From assembly GCA_963924565.1 (NCBI GenBank), contig OZ004614.1, positions 24,118,001 to 24,182,000 on the forward strand: 64,000 bases of DNA, in the 5' to 3' direction. The notes beneath the pieces were generated by a model that did no database searches, was not told the DNA's origin, and was given only the letters and a program-made list of their open reading frames with translations. Source of the DNA: Ascidiella aspersa (taxonomy: Eukaryota). The translations under genes and the position numbers were made by a program. How positions within the stretch are numbered: the first letter of the stretch is position 1; the number at the start of each line of letters is the position of its first letter. Positions 37,468-50,900 of the stretch are shown here, piece by piece.

Positions 37468-38629
37468 CAGGGGCGCCCGCAGAAAATTTTCCACGAATTT
37501 TCAACTTTGGGAATTCTCCTGTTTTTCGTCTGTCGTTAATGAATAATGACGTCATAAAACAGTGACAGTATGACGTCATAGAATGGTGATTGCAAGACGT
37601 CATAAACAAACTAATCAGAAACAGCCGAATACGTTCAGTAAAAGCGAGCACGTGCGTCGTCGACAATCCTGTCAGGCGCCAGCTGCGAAACCACAGTGTA
37701 CAATCGTTAACTTTAGGTGAAAAAATAAACCAAGACCGTAAAATATGTGTGATTAATTGTGGTAGAATCATAAATAATTGGACTATCAGCAGCGCAGTTT
37801 TCAAGTTCCATGAACGGAACTAGCGCTAAATTACAAGCACGCCTTTTTCACCACTTGCAATACTAAACGAAGATAGTTTTTCTCAGGTGTTATCATGCGA
37901 CGTTTAGCGCAACAATTGCGCGAGCTGTGTGCCAAGTGAGCTCAATTACAAGCTGTGGTTGAGGGGGAAAATTGTCTCCATTGCACACTTAGCACGTGGT
38001 CTTAGAGAGTATGCTTACAGAGCATAATTTTGCGCTAACCATCATTACATAAAAGTGGAGACTTTGAAACGCGCGCGACAGTCATCATTATAACTCCTTT
38101 AAAAATCTGCTTCAGTTAAACAAATGTCGATGTTACACCAACATCGGATATTAGCGCATAGACCGAACAGCGAGGAACATCAATATACTGCGCCTAACTT
38201 GACGTTTTATAGAAAGAAAAAAAGAAGGTTTGACTTAGCGTTGTCAGTTGTCGAATACACGCTTGCTAATTAGTCAACCTAAACAAATAACTAAAGAGAA
38301 AGGAAGACGAAAAACGGCGTTTTGCGCTCGATTTTGGTTTTGTAATAAATTAAGGCGCGTGATAGAATTACTGAAAAAGCACGCCGCTTCTAGCAGTTTG
38401 TTAAACCATGACAAAAACGAACAAAAATCGATAATATCACTTACAAAAAGAGGGGGTAATAACTCCCGCCCCCCTGGATGCGCCACTGGTGGCGATGTAT
38501 GATAATTTAACCTTCATAAGTGATAGGCCTACATATTGCACTTACAAATAATACTAACAATCGCATTATGAAATTCCAGGGGGGAGGGGGCAAGTGCCCC
38601 CCCTTTCCCATCCGTGCGGGCGCCCATTG
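37468..38629. mobile_element. Non-autonomous DNA element inserted at the end of the preceding MITE
   Basis: TIR CAGGGGCGCCCGCA / TGCGGGCGCCCATTG; flanking duplication CTGTGTT. Confidence 0.7.
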
Positions 38630-38942
38630 CTGTGTTAAATAACTATTACTATACAAATCATTTGTTAATGCACTTAAACTAATGTTGTTGAACACTTACC
38701 ACGAGGGAACGTAAACACAAATTCAAAACAAACTCTAGGCAAATGTAACGGTTAAATCAGCGTATCTGCGAAACAGGCGTAATAAGGAAGTATTTTAGAT
38801 AAGAAAAAAAACAACAACACTGAGTGCAATCAGTTCTACATCAATGAGCATTATAAGTCATACTATTTATCCAATGGGGTCGCCGACTTAACAGTAAAGT
38901 TTTAAACATGTTTCAAATGTAACACTAATTTTGTTTAATGTA

Positions 38943-38962
38943 ATATATATATATATATATAT
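38943..38962 (+). repeat. (AT)n microsatellite
   Basis: About 10 AT units. Confidence 0.9.
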
Positions 38963-40346
38963 TTCGTCACGTATTTACGAATAATTATTATTTTTGTTAT
39001 GTATCATTTTTCACCTTCGTTTTTTGTAAAAATGCTTAACTCGAATTGAATCACAGCCGGGGGGCAGCTGACCAGATGAATTAACAGTCTTTCGCCGCCC
39101 CCTGAGAACTACGAACTCGTCGTTTTTTTATTTAATTTTTTGCATGTACTTAATCTATCTATCTTCCTTTTGCTAAATTTGTTTCGATTTGCTTCACTTC
39201 TTGTCTTAGTTCGTTTCTTGCCGTGAAATGGTAATCACTCATTGTTTTACACTTTTGTTTTGGTCCTGAAGGAACATTTCTTCGTTTGAATTGTAAAATC
39301 CTGTAAACCTATAGCACGAGGTCAGTCTTGTTTTAGTTGTGTTGTGAGATGGACACTATTTTAGGAGCAAGCCAGCTAGCGTTTCGGCCTAGTTTCGCTT
39401 AAAAAAGAGCCCAGCGTTGGCGTTTGCGCCGCGTAGCCTTTGTCCAATAATAAAGTTAGTTAATTTAGTTGTATGCGTATACACGAGGTCAGTCTTGTTC
39501 TTGTTGTGTTGTGAGATGGACGCTAATTTAGGAGCAAGCCAGCTAGCGTTAGCGCGTTCGCTCAATAAAAGAGCCAGCGTTCAATAATAAAGTTTGCTAA
39601 TTTAGTTGTATGCGTACACGAGGTCAGCGAAAGGCCGTTAAGCAGGAACAAAATATAGCTTAAAATTCAGACATGAAGTGATGGATTGAAGAAATGACAT
39701 GAGATGCAATATGATTACTTCCGTCATACCAAGAATTGTAAATTAAGGCGCAATTGGTTTTTAACCCATCTCACTGATGCTAATGGCAGTTGCAAATGTC
39801 TTGCGTCCGTTGCTCAAATATTTACACCATAGGGCGAAAAACTATGCGAATCGCATTAAAATACTTAGGCTGGTTGTGTTAGAAAACTCCTTCTATATTA
39901 CAGTTTAATTTTTACTTTCACAAAGCTTAATTCCTTAATTGTTACTATTTACATCACTTTAATGTACAGGGTTATGTATATTAATCTGATTTGGATTCAT
40001 AGTTTACCATTTATTTGAATAACATGAATAGGATGAAGTAAATAACTTAAGCACCCAGGATAAATACTGAAATTAAAATCGAAATATTTATTTACAAATA
40101 TCCCTATTTTAGAAAGTTCGAAAATTTATTTTTTTATTGTTTAACTTTTTGCCTGTTTCCAGATTTTAATACAAATTACTAAGGCTTAGTAAAATATTGA
40201 GCTATTCTATAATCGTTAGAAGTAAACATTTCTCTAAATCCAATACCAGTAACGTATAAAGCGGAAATTCAAAACAGATAAATATTTATATATTTAAAAG
40301 CATCCCTAATATCTGTAAAAAAAAATGGAATAGAAAACACGTAGAA

Positions 40347-40574
40347 ATATAGCTACAGTATATAAACTGTTGCTACCAGGCATGGTAATATAAATAAAAA
40401 AACAGCTCTGTTGCTTGCGTTTATTTCTGCTTTTTTCCTTTTTTTTGCTTTCCATTTATTGTACGAGCGTTCATTGTCATTCGCCCTGACGAAGGCGACT
40501 AGCATAGGTTGCCGAAACGTTAGTTAACAATTACAATTAACAGAGGAGCTGTTTTTGATTTATATAGCTACAGT
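40347..40574 (+). mobile_element. Penelope-like short insertion with hammerhead-like motif and inverted 5' end
   Basis: CTGACGA-A-GGCGAC..GTTGCC-GAAAC at 40486-40518; 13-bp direct repeat ATATAGCTACAGT; empty site at ~10385 in unit 1; the 5' segment is an inverted copy of the 3' end. Confidence 0.62.
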
Positions 40575-41340
40575 GTTTACAAACTTTGATTTAAACGCTT
40601 ACGATAAAATTGCTTTCAGCAAAATGTCTATAAATTGAAAAAAACAAACAAACTTACTGCTGGAAATCTAATTTTATATGTTAGACCCCCTAAGATGCCA
40701 GGATATTTTTTGATTATTTGTTTGTTTTTTAACGCAGTGAACTTTATTAAAAGGTTAATGTTCGGCATGTTATTCTGAATTGACGTTCTTGCTAACGCAA
40801 CTTGTTCCTATAGAATCATAAAGAAACAAATACAAATTCTTTTCAAGTATGATCTTTTATTTACTTTCCATTCCGGCGAAAGACAAGCCTAAAAATAAAG
40901 TTTTGTAATCAAATGTCTTCAATTATATAGTTATACAACACTTATAATAGCCCATATAGGATTATATAATGGGAATAGGAATTTTAGTTATTACCTAATT
41001 CAAATTTAACACAAAGTCCAAAAACCATACGTTTAACGTCGGCGCAGAACAGAAATTACGTTTTTTTATCAAAATTAATTTTTAAACAATTAGGACAATT
41101 TTTTTGAATGTCCCTGAAGCACTCGCCTCAATTGCATCAGATAACGTTTAAAAATTGTCTGATCCTGGTTTTACTTGGATTTCAATTTTAGAGTTTCATT
41201 GTTGATTAGTGAACTTGGTTAAGCGAATTGTAAAAAAATACTGTTTTGTTTATTTAGCTTTAGTTACAGATGAGAAAAAGTTCAAATTTAAGTTTTGTTA
41301 GTGTCCCCATAAAAAATATTTTATTTTGTTGTTACCGCTT

Positions 41341-42566
41341 TCAAGCCTCTGGATTCCATCCAACTTCATCTGCATCGAAGTTTTCCAAACCTAAAAACAA
41401 AAATAACGCACTTCCTGTTATTTTAATTAAATATTTTATCCAAAAGGAATGGCTTATGATATTAGCATTATAAACATTAAATTAAAATAACCAGAATAGG
41501 TACTCTAGTACACATATAAATTATTTTTATCAATCATTAATTTAGGAAAAGCAATATTCGTGCAATACCTTCGAGATTTTGACTTTGATCCCTGAAAAAA
41601 ATATAGTGTTATTACAATTTGAAAGTAACAAATAAATTAAAATAACGATTGTGTATTTTATTACTACAACTAGGATTGTCGGATACACTTTATTATGATG
41701 CAGATACCAAATAATTTGGACAAAAAGTATTGCGATTAGCTATAATGACGTCATTTCTATGCTTATACAAGCAAATTTGATGAAATGTTTTCTTTTTTGA
41801 AATTTGCTTTAGTGCTAGGAAGTTTAAATACATAGAGTTATTAATTTCTTGTTTTTTGATAAATGCATCATACAATGTAGAAATGACTTGATTGGAATGC
41901 AAATCATTGCTAAAATCGTTACAATAATTTGTTATCGGATCGGCACCGATACCGACCTAGTATCGGACAGCTACCGATACTACCAGTTGGTATCGGGTAT
42001 CGGCTTTCATCCGATATTATCAAACATCCTAATTACTACAGTGCATAGAAGCACACCTTATTCCACTGCATCGCGTTGGTACCAGAGTTGGATCAATTGT
42101 AATTTGTAATTGTAATTGATATAATTAATTATAGGTTTTAATGTAATTGTTATTGCAACGTAATTGTGGCACTTTAATTCTGTGTAATTCTAATTTTAAA
42201 GGTAATTTGCTAAAATTTTGGCTCAATACATGGATTTTGAGAAAATTGAAGTTGCAATGCCGAAAATTGTAATTGATGTAATTAATTAAATGTTAATCGT
42301 AATGTAATTGAAACATTTAAGGGAGTAATTGTAATTGCAATTGAAATGAATCATTGAAATTGACCCAACTTTGATTGGTAAAATTATATACAACTAAAAT
42401 ACCCTCGGTTGCTAATATAACTTGGTTATTTCACTTACCTGCACCACGTTCCAGTGCACCATCTCCTTCTTCTACCTCCGAAAACCCTCCGTCTTCTACC
42501 CGCCTCTGTCGCCGACAGCAGCAGACAAGTCATCAAAAGCACGACCAAAAGCAGCCTAGAGTTCAT
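41341..42566 (-). CDS. Secreted Arg-rich peptide precursor, copy 2 (putative antimicrobial peptide), 66 aa
   Basis: Exons 42566-42439, 41591-41569, 41390-41341 give MNSRLLLVVLLMTCLLLSATEA-GRRRRVFGGRRRRWCTGTWCR-DQSQNLEGLENFDADEVGWNPEA*. Exon sizes are identical to copy 1. Confidence 0.82.
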
Positions 42567-45500
42567 TGTGAGTTGCAGTGAATTAACACAAACTGAAAAG
42601 AAAGGACTTAAGTATGACAAATCAACGATACAGTCGTTACGGATGAGTCGATAGCGGCGAAATCCTCTGCACGAATTCAGTCAACATTTTCTGGGTGAGT
42701 ACCACTCAGTGCATTTCTACTGCCGCTACTTACCACAAACTTTACAAATAAACCATTTAATTCAAAATTTTCTTAGGTTTATCACGGAATTAATGAATAA
42801 AAAATATCGTTGGAAGCCGCAGATTTCCGATTACAGTTCGACTTAATGCGCCAAAGAGAGAATATAACTTTCGACAGTCGCAATATATTTGCAGTAATTT
42901 CCTAAACGACGCATTGAATCTGAAGGCTGCTCGCGTTCTTTGCGTATAACGTGAACAACAGTTAGACAACTAATTCACTAATGTACTGTCTATAGGTCTA
43001 AGCATTACCTCGGTGACTTAAGAAGTTGCATAGCGTGCCGTAAGGCAAGAATGTTCACATAAACGCAAATCACAATCTTTATTAGAGATTTCTTTTCCTT
43101 CTAGGCCTAACCAAACGTGTTGTGACGCATAATAATCAGCAAAATTACATAAAAAAAAGCAAACAAAAAAGTGTTATGCTGCTTAATAATCTCCAGAATT
43201 ACATCCGTATTTCCTTCCTTTTTCACAGCTTTATTTAGCACATACGCTTTTCATGATGTCCCTTGGTGAAAATGCTGACAATCCACATAAGTTTGGGGTG
43301 TAGAGCTTTTCTCTCCTGAATCCGTTTTATAGCTAACATCAGTATTGTCAACAGTAAACAAATCACAAAATGTACTACTGCAATCTATTTCTTTGCTCAG
43401 TTAAATGTGAAACTAACTCACATTTTGGTATTGTATTATTGTGTTATCAGTAACTTGTATACAAATACAATTACAATTTTTTGTTTACTTAAGCAATTCT
43501 AGAAAGGGGTGCGAGAGGTGGTTTGTGATTTGAAAGGGGTGCAGCAAGGAAAACGGTTAGGATTCACTGTTTTGAACCATCCACGAAGCTATCCAGTAGC
43601 AACAATATAGTGCATTGTTGTAGATATTGGGCGACGATGTAATACATTGCGCTACAGTCGATTACAGACTTATAATCCTTTCGTTGTTCAGCTCGCCAAA
43701 ATGTGGTAATCACAAGATAAAATAAATCGTTTTATGACCAACCTAAGAAAACTGCCATACGGTTTTAAACAACAGAGCTTCCGATGCTTCCGTTAAGATT
43801 TCGTCCATACGTTGTTTGTCGCATTATTCCACTAATGTCAGATGGTGAGGTATTTTAAAAAACTTTTTGGAATAAAATTTGTTAGAAGAAATAACACTCA
43901 CCCCTTCATTGCATCAGTTTAACAGTACGCATTTGTATTTTCAATGAGGAGTTTTCTGACGTTTGACGCAGTTTAGCACTGGGATCACGTATATCGCGCT
44001 ACCAAGCAGGTCTAAACAATTGCTGCTACAACCTAAAGTTTTACGTCTGAAAGTTATTCTCAATTGACAAATGTTACGGGGTTTCGTTGCCTAAAAGATG
44101 TATAATATGCTTATCCCAGTGATGTGTGATATAGTTGATTATTTTATCGTGCCATTTTGAAAACATCACGCAGCATTGTACTTTGTCTGCATGTTAAATA
44201 CAAATGGCGCGCGTGCAACTTCTCGCAAGACCTCATGACGTATATTAAAACGTTTCCAAGCATTTATAGGGCAAAAACCTGCGTGACTGTAAAATCCATT
44301 GCCTTGGTAAAAATAGAATTTCATGTGGAAAAATTTCTACTTTTATGTTTAATAGCTTTTTGCAGTTTGTTTAACCACGTAAATGGAGCCTAAGTTCGCA
44401 AAACATTGCGTTTATTGCAGTGTTTTCATTAACATTTTTTCATGAGGGCACTTACACAGAATACGTACAGCAACCCTAACCGAGTATAAACTACACAAAG
44501 TTTGGACTAAGTTTGCTAAATATCACGTTTATTGCAGCGGTTTGAACACTAAGCAAATTTACTTTTCAAACAAGATTTTTTTAATTGGATGCAGAATGGT
44601 ACCTGCCGGGATTACGTATTTGCTTAAATTTCGCGCAATTTGAACAATTGGTGCTACAACGTTTTCACGTTTGTTAGTCATTTTTGATCGACATATGTCA
44701 CGGATGTTCGGTCAATAAATTTGCGAGACGTGTTTAGCCAAGGTTGTGTGTTTAGCAGCTCCTTTTAAAAAACACACAACGTTGCAATTTGGTTTGATGT
44801 CAAATATATATTTTTAAATTATCGGGAATAACATGCGGCTTCAGGAAGAAGGTTATACAATGCTGGTAACACGTGATTAGAGATTAAATGATCAAAGTGC
44901 GGTCGCGTCTTTCCTTTAGTGACCTGTGTCAGACACGAAACTGCTTTTTATACGTTAATTTTTCTTTTTTACTCTGTTTTAACCAAATTAAAAAAGCAAT
45001 GGTAATTTACCGAGACCAAGAGTTAGATCTTTAGAAACACGCAGATAAGTCACATAATTAAACACGCCATTCCATTAATATGCCGCTTTACACGGAGAAA
45101 AAGTTTGTTAGCATGCCGTATGGCAAGGATGTTTCTTATAAACGCAAGTCACCATCTTTATTAGAGACTTCTTTCCTTTCTATGCCTGACCAAACGTGTT
45201 ATGCTGCTTAATATCACCAGCATCACATCCGTACTTCCTTTCCTTTCTACCGCTTCACCCAACCCAATACGCTTGCATGGAACAAATGTTGACTACTGGC
45301 TTTCTTGTCTCATTCATTTGTTTTTATAGCTGACATCAGTGTCGCAAACAAGTCATTTGAAATGACTTAAGACCACTCAAGTCAAGTCAACTCCCAGTCC
45401 AGGTCATCAGTTGCCCTAATTGGAGCAAAGTCACGTCATTAAACTTAATTGGAGCAAGTCACGTCATTTGGCTCGAAAACCCAAGTCAAATAAAATAAAT

Positions 45501-47911
45501 GAAAAGCGTTGATTTAAGCCTATACAAAAGTCATCGACTAAAGTCAGCGCAATACTGGCTGACATTTGTCATATTGTCTCCGGCGACAAACTTCATTTGC
45601 TGAAATGTATACAAAGCAACAGCAGTCATAAAATGTCTCAGCGTTACGTCAATTACCGATGAAAAAATTGTTTTCTGTGAACCCGCACCATGAGTAAAAA
45701 ACCCACTCACTATGACTAGTTTAACAAAACATTAAATTTTGTTAATTCATTTTTGGCTTTCCCCCATTTATCGGCCTCGATTATAATGGTGTGTTTGACG
45801 ATTTCTTTAGGATCTTCCAATACTATAGAAGTCCTACATAAAAATTAGGTGCACATATGGAATGAAACACGTCGCTTCGTCTTCGGACATTTAAGTTATT
45901 TTAGCAAAGGGCTTAGGCTGCACGGAGTTGGCAAAATAATTAATTACAACCAATTTAGTTCTACTGCCTCAAACTACTTTCGAACTAAAATATTTTGGCG
46001 ATTTGTGTATTAAGACAATCCTCGAAGGTATAGAATAGAAAGAGTATAATGTTTTTACGATATTGGACGACATTGTAACATATTGCGCTATTCTCGTTGA
46101 TAGACTTCAAACATTAAATACACCTTATGTTGCCATAGCACTCTGTGGAATCAAGCGACAAAAATTAATCGTTTTATGACCAACCTCTTAACGAAAACTG
46201 CCATACTGTTTTAAACAACACAGCTTCCGTAGCTTCCGTTAAGATTTCGCCCATATGTTGTGCATCGCATTTTCCCAGTATTATCAGATCGTGTTCGTTT
46301 GTTTCAAAGAAGTTTTTAGAACAAATTCGGAAGAAGAATCAATTCCCACTCCAAATCAAGCGATTTTAATTAAACTGAAAACGACCATGTTAATAGTGGC
46401 ACCCAAGCAGGCTTGGACAACTATAAATAATTCTAGTTATCTTATTGAATTAATTCAGAGCAAAATGCGGCTAATTTTAATTCTAATCTAATTTGTAAAT
46501 TGCTGGTGTGCTTAATTCTAGTTCTATTTTCATTCGGATTTTCATAAAAATGCCACTTTGTCCAACGGCATTTATATTCTCCCAGTTGAAACTAAGAATT
46601 TTAATTTAATACTCTTTGGGTGGCACAATTTTTTGTGATTTTATAATGTGAAAAGTATGATAAAACATCATTATAAAAATTTGCACACAAATATTTACCC
46701 ATTCGCATTTATTATGAGAATAATTAGCGAATGAGATATAATTTATTGTCGATAAATAAACGTAATGGGGGCCTTAAAGTGTGGGACACGACACGAAAAG
46801 TCACGCCAAAATTGACGATAAAAATATATAGCGAAAACACAAATGTAATTCACGTACAAGTCAACTTAGCAACGTTTTATGATTGTTTTCATATTTTGGG
46901 AGCCAGCCTGTTGACTTGGTTCTACACGAAACTGCAGGAAGCAATAGATTGTTAGTAACGCTACTTCTCCGTTAGTAACGCTACTTGGCGATCGGGTATT
47001 TAATAACACGGAGCCGTTATGGTTAGCTACTGCGATTTCCCGAATGGCTAACCCGAGTGGAATAATATACACATGTGGAAAATGCATTTAAGTTGTAATG
47101 CCCTTTAATTGCGCGAAGAATGTTAACTTGCAAAATAATAAAAAACATGACATAATGGAAGAAACGACTTTGATTTAAGCATACACAAGTACTGGAAGTT
47201 ATGGTTTTAAGGATTCAATAACGACAGTCGCATAAAGAAAAATATAATGTGCACTTACGACGTAGCAATGTAGAGTTTAATTTCCATAAACTCGTAATAG
47301 AACTTGAACAACACAATAATAAAGATATTTTGTTTGTTTAGAACAAAGTTCACGGAAACCCCAGAAAACATCTTGCGACCCACGTGTTGGGAACCACTGT
47401 GTTAAAGAGTTGCAAGAATTCAACGCTTTCCGTGTTATTCGTTTTCTGCTCAAGTAAGTTTGAAAAATTTATTCTGATCTGTATTTTGAATGCATGAAAA
47501 TCAATATGTTTAAACAAATCATTTATCCTCCATTTAACCCTATGTGTTGGTTCACTATTGAAAAAATTATTCACGCTGGGGCGAACCATTGGCCAGTTTA
47601 AGAAATACAGCGTTATATCACGTAAGTCAGACTACAGGAACATATCATATTTGGAATCATGGAATATTTACCATGGGGTGACATTGTGAAAATCAAAACA
47701 GACAATCTATAGTGCTTTAATGCAATTTGTTAACTTCCTTCTTTCTTGTTTTTAATATTTCAAGTTTTTTTGTTTGTTTTTAGTTTATCTTAATTCTTTG
47801 AGGACCAAAAAGGTGCCATGCATAGTATGACTTTTTGCTCAGTGTGAACTAAAAAACTGTCCACACTGCACAATATCCAAATGCGTTTGTTAAATTAATT
47901 GTGTAAAAACC

Positions 47912-50900
47912 CTAGTAAGCTCTCTCGTACACTGATTGGCCAACAGCAGCGTTACCAATCCCAAACTGCTCGTATGCTGTGTCTTCACTTGCAGCAATCC
48001 TTGAGACGTTGTAAGCTTGACCAGGCGACTCGCCATTGGCTGATACGTAGGCAACAGGAATGACGTAATCACTGTCGTCAGATGGATGGTTGGTGACGTC
48101 ATAGCTGGGATGAGCAGCAAAGCTAGTGTTGACGTAGTTGTTGCATTGTCCTCGAGATTGATCTTCAGCGTTGATGGACTTAGGGTCGTGACCTAGAAAA
48201 AAATTAAGCGTTGAAAAAAATATAAAATATTCTTAGGCACAAAATTCTATTTTATACACATGAATATTCTTCAAATGACAAGATATATTTTGTTAATATC
48301 AGACACCAAGGTGTTCACAGTATATTTACCTGCTTGGGGTGGAGAACGATTGTCACTTTTCCGTTTTTCAAGCTTTGTCAAAATTTGGTTTCTGAATGAA
48401 AAAAGCGCAAATATATTCACTTATATATTTGACAAAAACACAAATATATTTCACAAAATGGCTGTCGGGTCATACAATACCCACCTCTTGATGTAAACAA
48501 GAATGGCCACTCCAATTAGTATTATTACTGCACAAGAAACTCCGATTGGGGTAGCGACGCTGAGACTAGAAACAGACTGATTTTCTGAAAATAAAATACT
48601 GTTCGCTAGCCTGTTAGTATATTTATGTTTAAAAGTTTTAACTTAAGTTGTGATTCAAATTTTGATTATACGCGAAATTTGGGGCAACTTAACAAAAGAG
48701 CTTATAGTTGTACATTACGTAAAAGCTGAATATAACAATGAAGTTGCATTGCGTAATTATTGATTTACAAATCAACATCTACACTTTTATATGTGCCAGC
48801 ATTTATTAAAAACATTGTGGAGTCTAGCATGATTTACTGTAAAGCATTTAAATGAAGTTTTATAGTCACCTATTGGCAGGTAACATACGCCATTCGATGG
48901 AAGAATTGTATTTCTGCACAATGACGTAATTAGGTGAAAATCTGACGTCACCGTGTCTCCCTCATTCAACGTGACGTCATGAGTCAGTGTAGATGAAGGC
49001 GTCAGTGTTATTTCGTAAGTTGTAGTTTTGTTGTTTTTGCTGGTTCTTTTAATTTTCAGCTACATACAAACAAAGATTTCAGAAAAATATACTTGGGTGA
49101 ATCAGTAATGCAAATGACATACCTTTGCACTTGTGATAACTGAAACAGACGAAGTTGGAATTGTGATTTTAATTTGGCAGATTTTGTTTTGAAGGGTAAG
49201 TTTAGAAGCGATTGCTGCAAACACGTTTGAAGTTGATCCAGAAACCATTGGGGTTTGGGGGACTTTCCAAATTTCAGGAAACATCTTGATCTAAATTATA
49301 TTATTTTAACTATTATAAAGTTTTTTGATTTTTGAAACAATGCAACACACAGTGTCGTAATTAGTTGGCTAAAAAAAGAACGAAAATGAATGGTGTTAAA
49401 CTTACTTGAATCTTGTAATCTTCATTACCAGGCAGGTTTCGAAATTCCGTGGAGTGAAAATAGTTTTTAGAAGCCGTCGTTTTGTAATTTTTTACGATGT
49501 TAATTGATTTGTCGGAACTTTGTGCAGTCAGCTGAAATTTGAAATCCCTGGAATATTTTGTTTCATCAATCCACTTCACAATTATTTTGTCGCTATGGCA
49601 CCGAGTAGCTTCAGTAAAACGAACAACTGAAACATAAAAAAGAGAATAATTGTTTCAGCAAACAGTTATGAAAATGGAAATGCAAAAAACAGTAATTTCC
49701 GTTTATTTTGTAAACTAGATTATTACATTATGCTTACTGGCAAAAACACAGAGAGTGGTTGACAGGAAGTTGCAATTCTTGATTTGTGATGTTCCATTCG
49801 CAAATGAAGGGCATTTGTCAGCATCTAAAGTTGCATTCTCAGTACCTGAGTTAAAAATAAGCAATTAATTGAGGTTCATTTACTAAAGTCAAACAATTTG
49901 GTTAAATTACTTTGGGTCCAAACCGCCAATTTTGAAAGCGAGCTTCCGTTAAGATATTCCGACGACGGTAACTTGCCTCCGTGGTTCTTACAGTGTAGTG
50001 AGCCATCCGAGTATTTTCTACTCGTGTTATAGCTGACGTAAAACAGTCCATTGTCGAACCGCAAATCTGTGAAAACCGAATTTTTTAGGTTTGTGTAAAA
50101 TACTCGCTTGTATGGGTTAGAATTTAATTGTAAACACGGTCGCACTTGCGCTTTCTCGCTGTTTATAATAAACCAGAGTGGCCTTACATATACCCAGCAT
50201 ATTGTTTTAAACTATTATTTGTTGATTTTTTGCGTACCTAAAAGGATAAATACGAAATCGTGCGAAATTCCTATAATTGTATAATTTCTCCGTGTACAGT
50301 TTTTTGGGTGTAAACTCACCGTTACAATATTGCAATGTTACAACAAAAAATACTGAGGAATCACAAACGTTGCATAGGCCACAAAAAAGTGTTGTTACAC
50401 AGAAAATAAAATATATTTATTACCTTGGTTAATCATAGCAAAAATATTCTCTGTAGTACCGACTTCATTTTGTGCCGAACACTTTACAGTCGCGTTGGCG
50501 CCAAATATCGCGGAAGCTTCTATTGTTAGTGACGTCACTGTGTCGAGGGACCTGTGGATTGTGACGTAGGTTGGCGACGCGACGCTGTTGATTGTAACGT
50601 TTTGGTCGTTGATTGTCCAATGAAAGGTTGTCGACTGGTCGGCGGCAAACGTACAATTCAACGTCTGTGATTGGCTGAATTCTGCACCTGGTGATGACGC
50701 GTTAAGAAACCTTGGGGCAACTGAAATGTTCAAAAATCGCAACCTTATTAAAAAAAAATTAAACCAGCAGGTGTGTCAAACATTTGCTCAAACATACATT
50801 CATAATCTGGGCCCCAAAGGTCGCCGGTTAGAACCTACGAGTCCCTGGCGTTAAGTTACTTAAGTTTAGCTTGAAATAAAAAAAAATAAACAACAAATAG

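Noticed and set aside
37292-37804. Longest ORF in the track (170 aa)
   Set aside because: It spans the junction of two non-autonomous elements and has no transposase or other recognisable motif.
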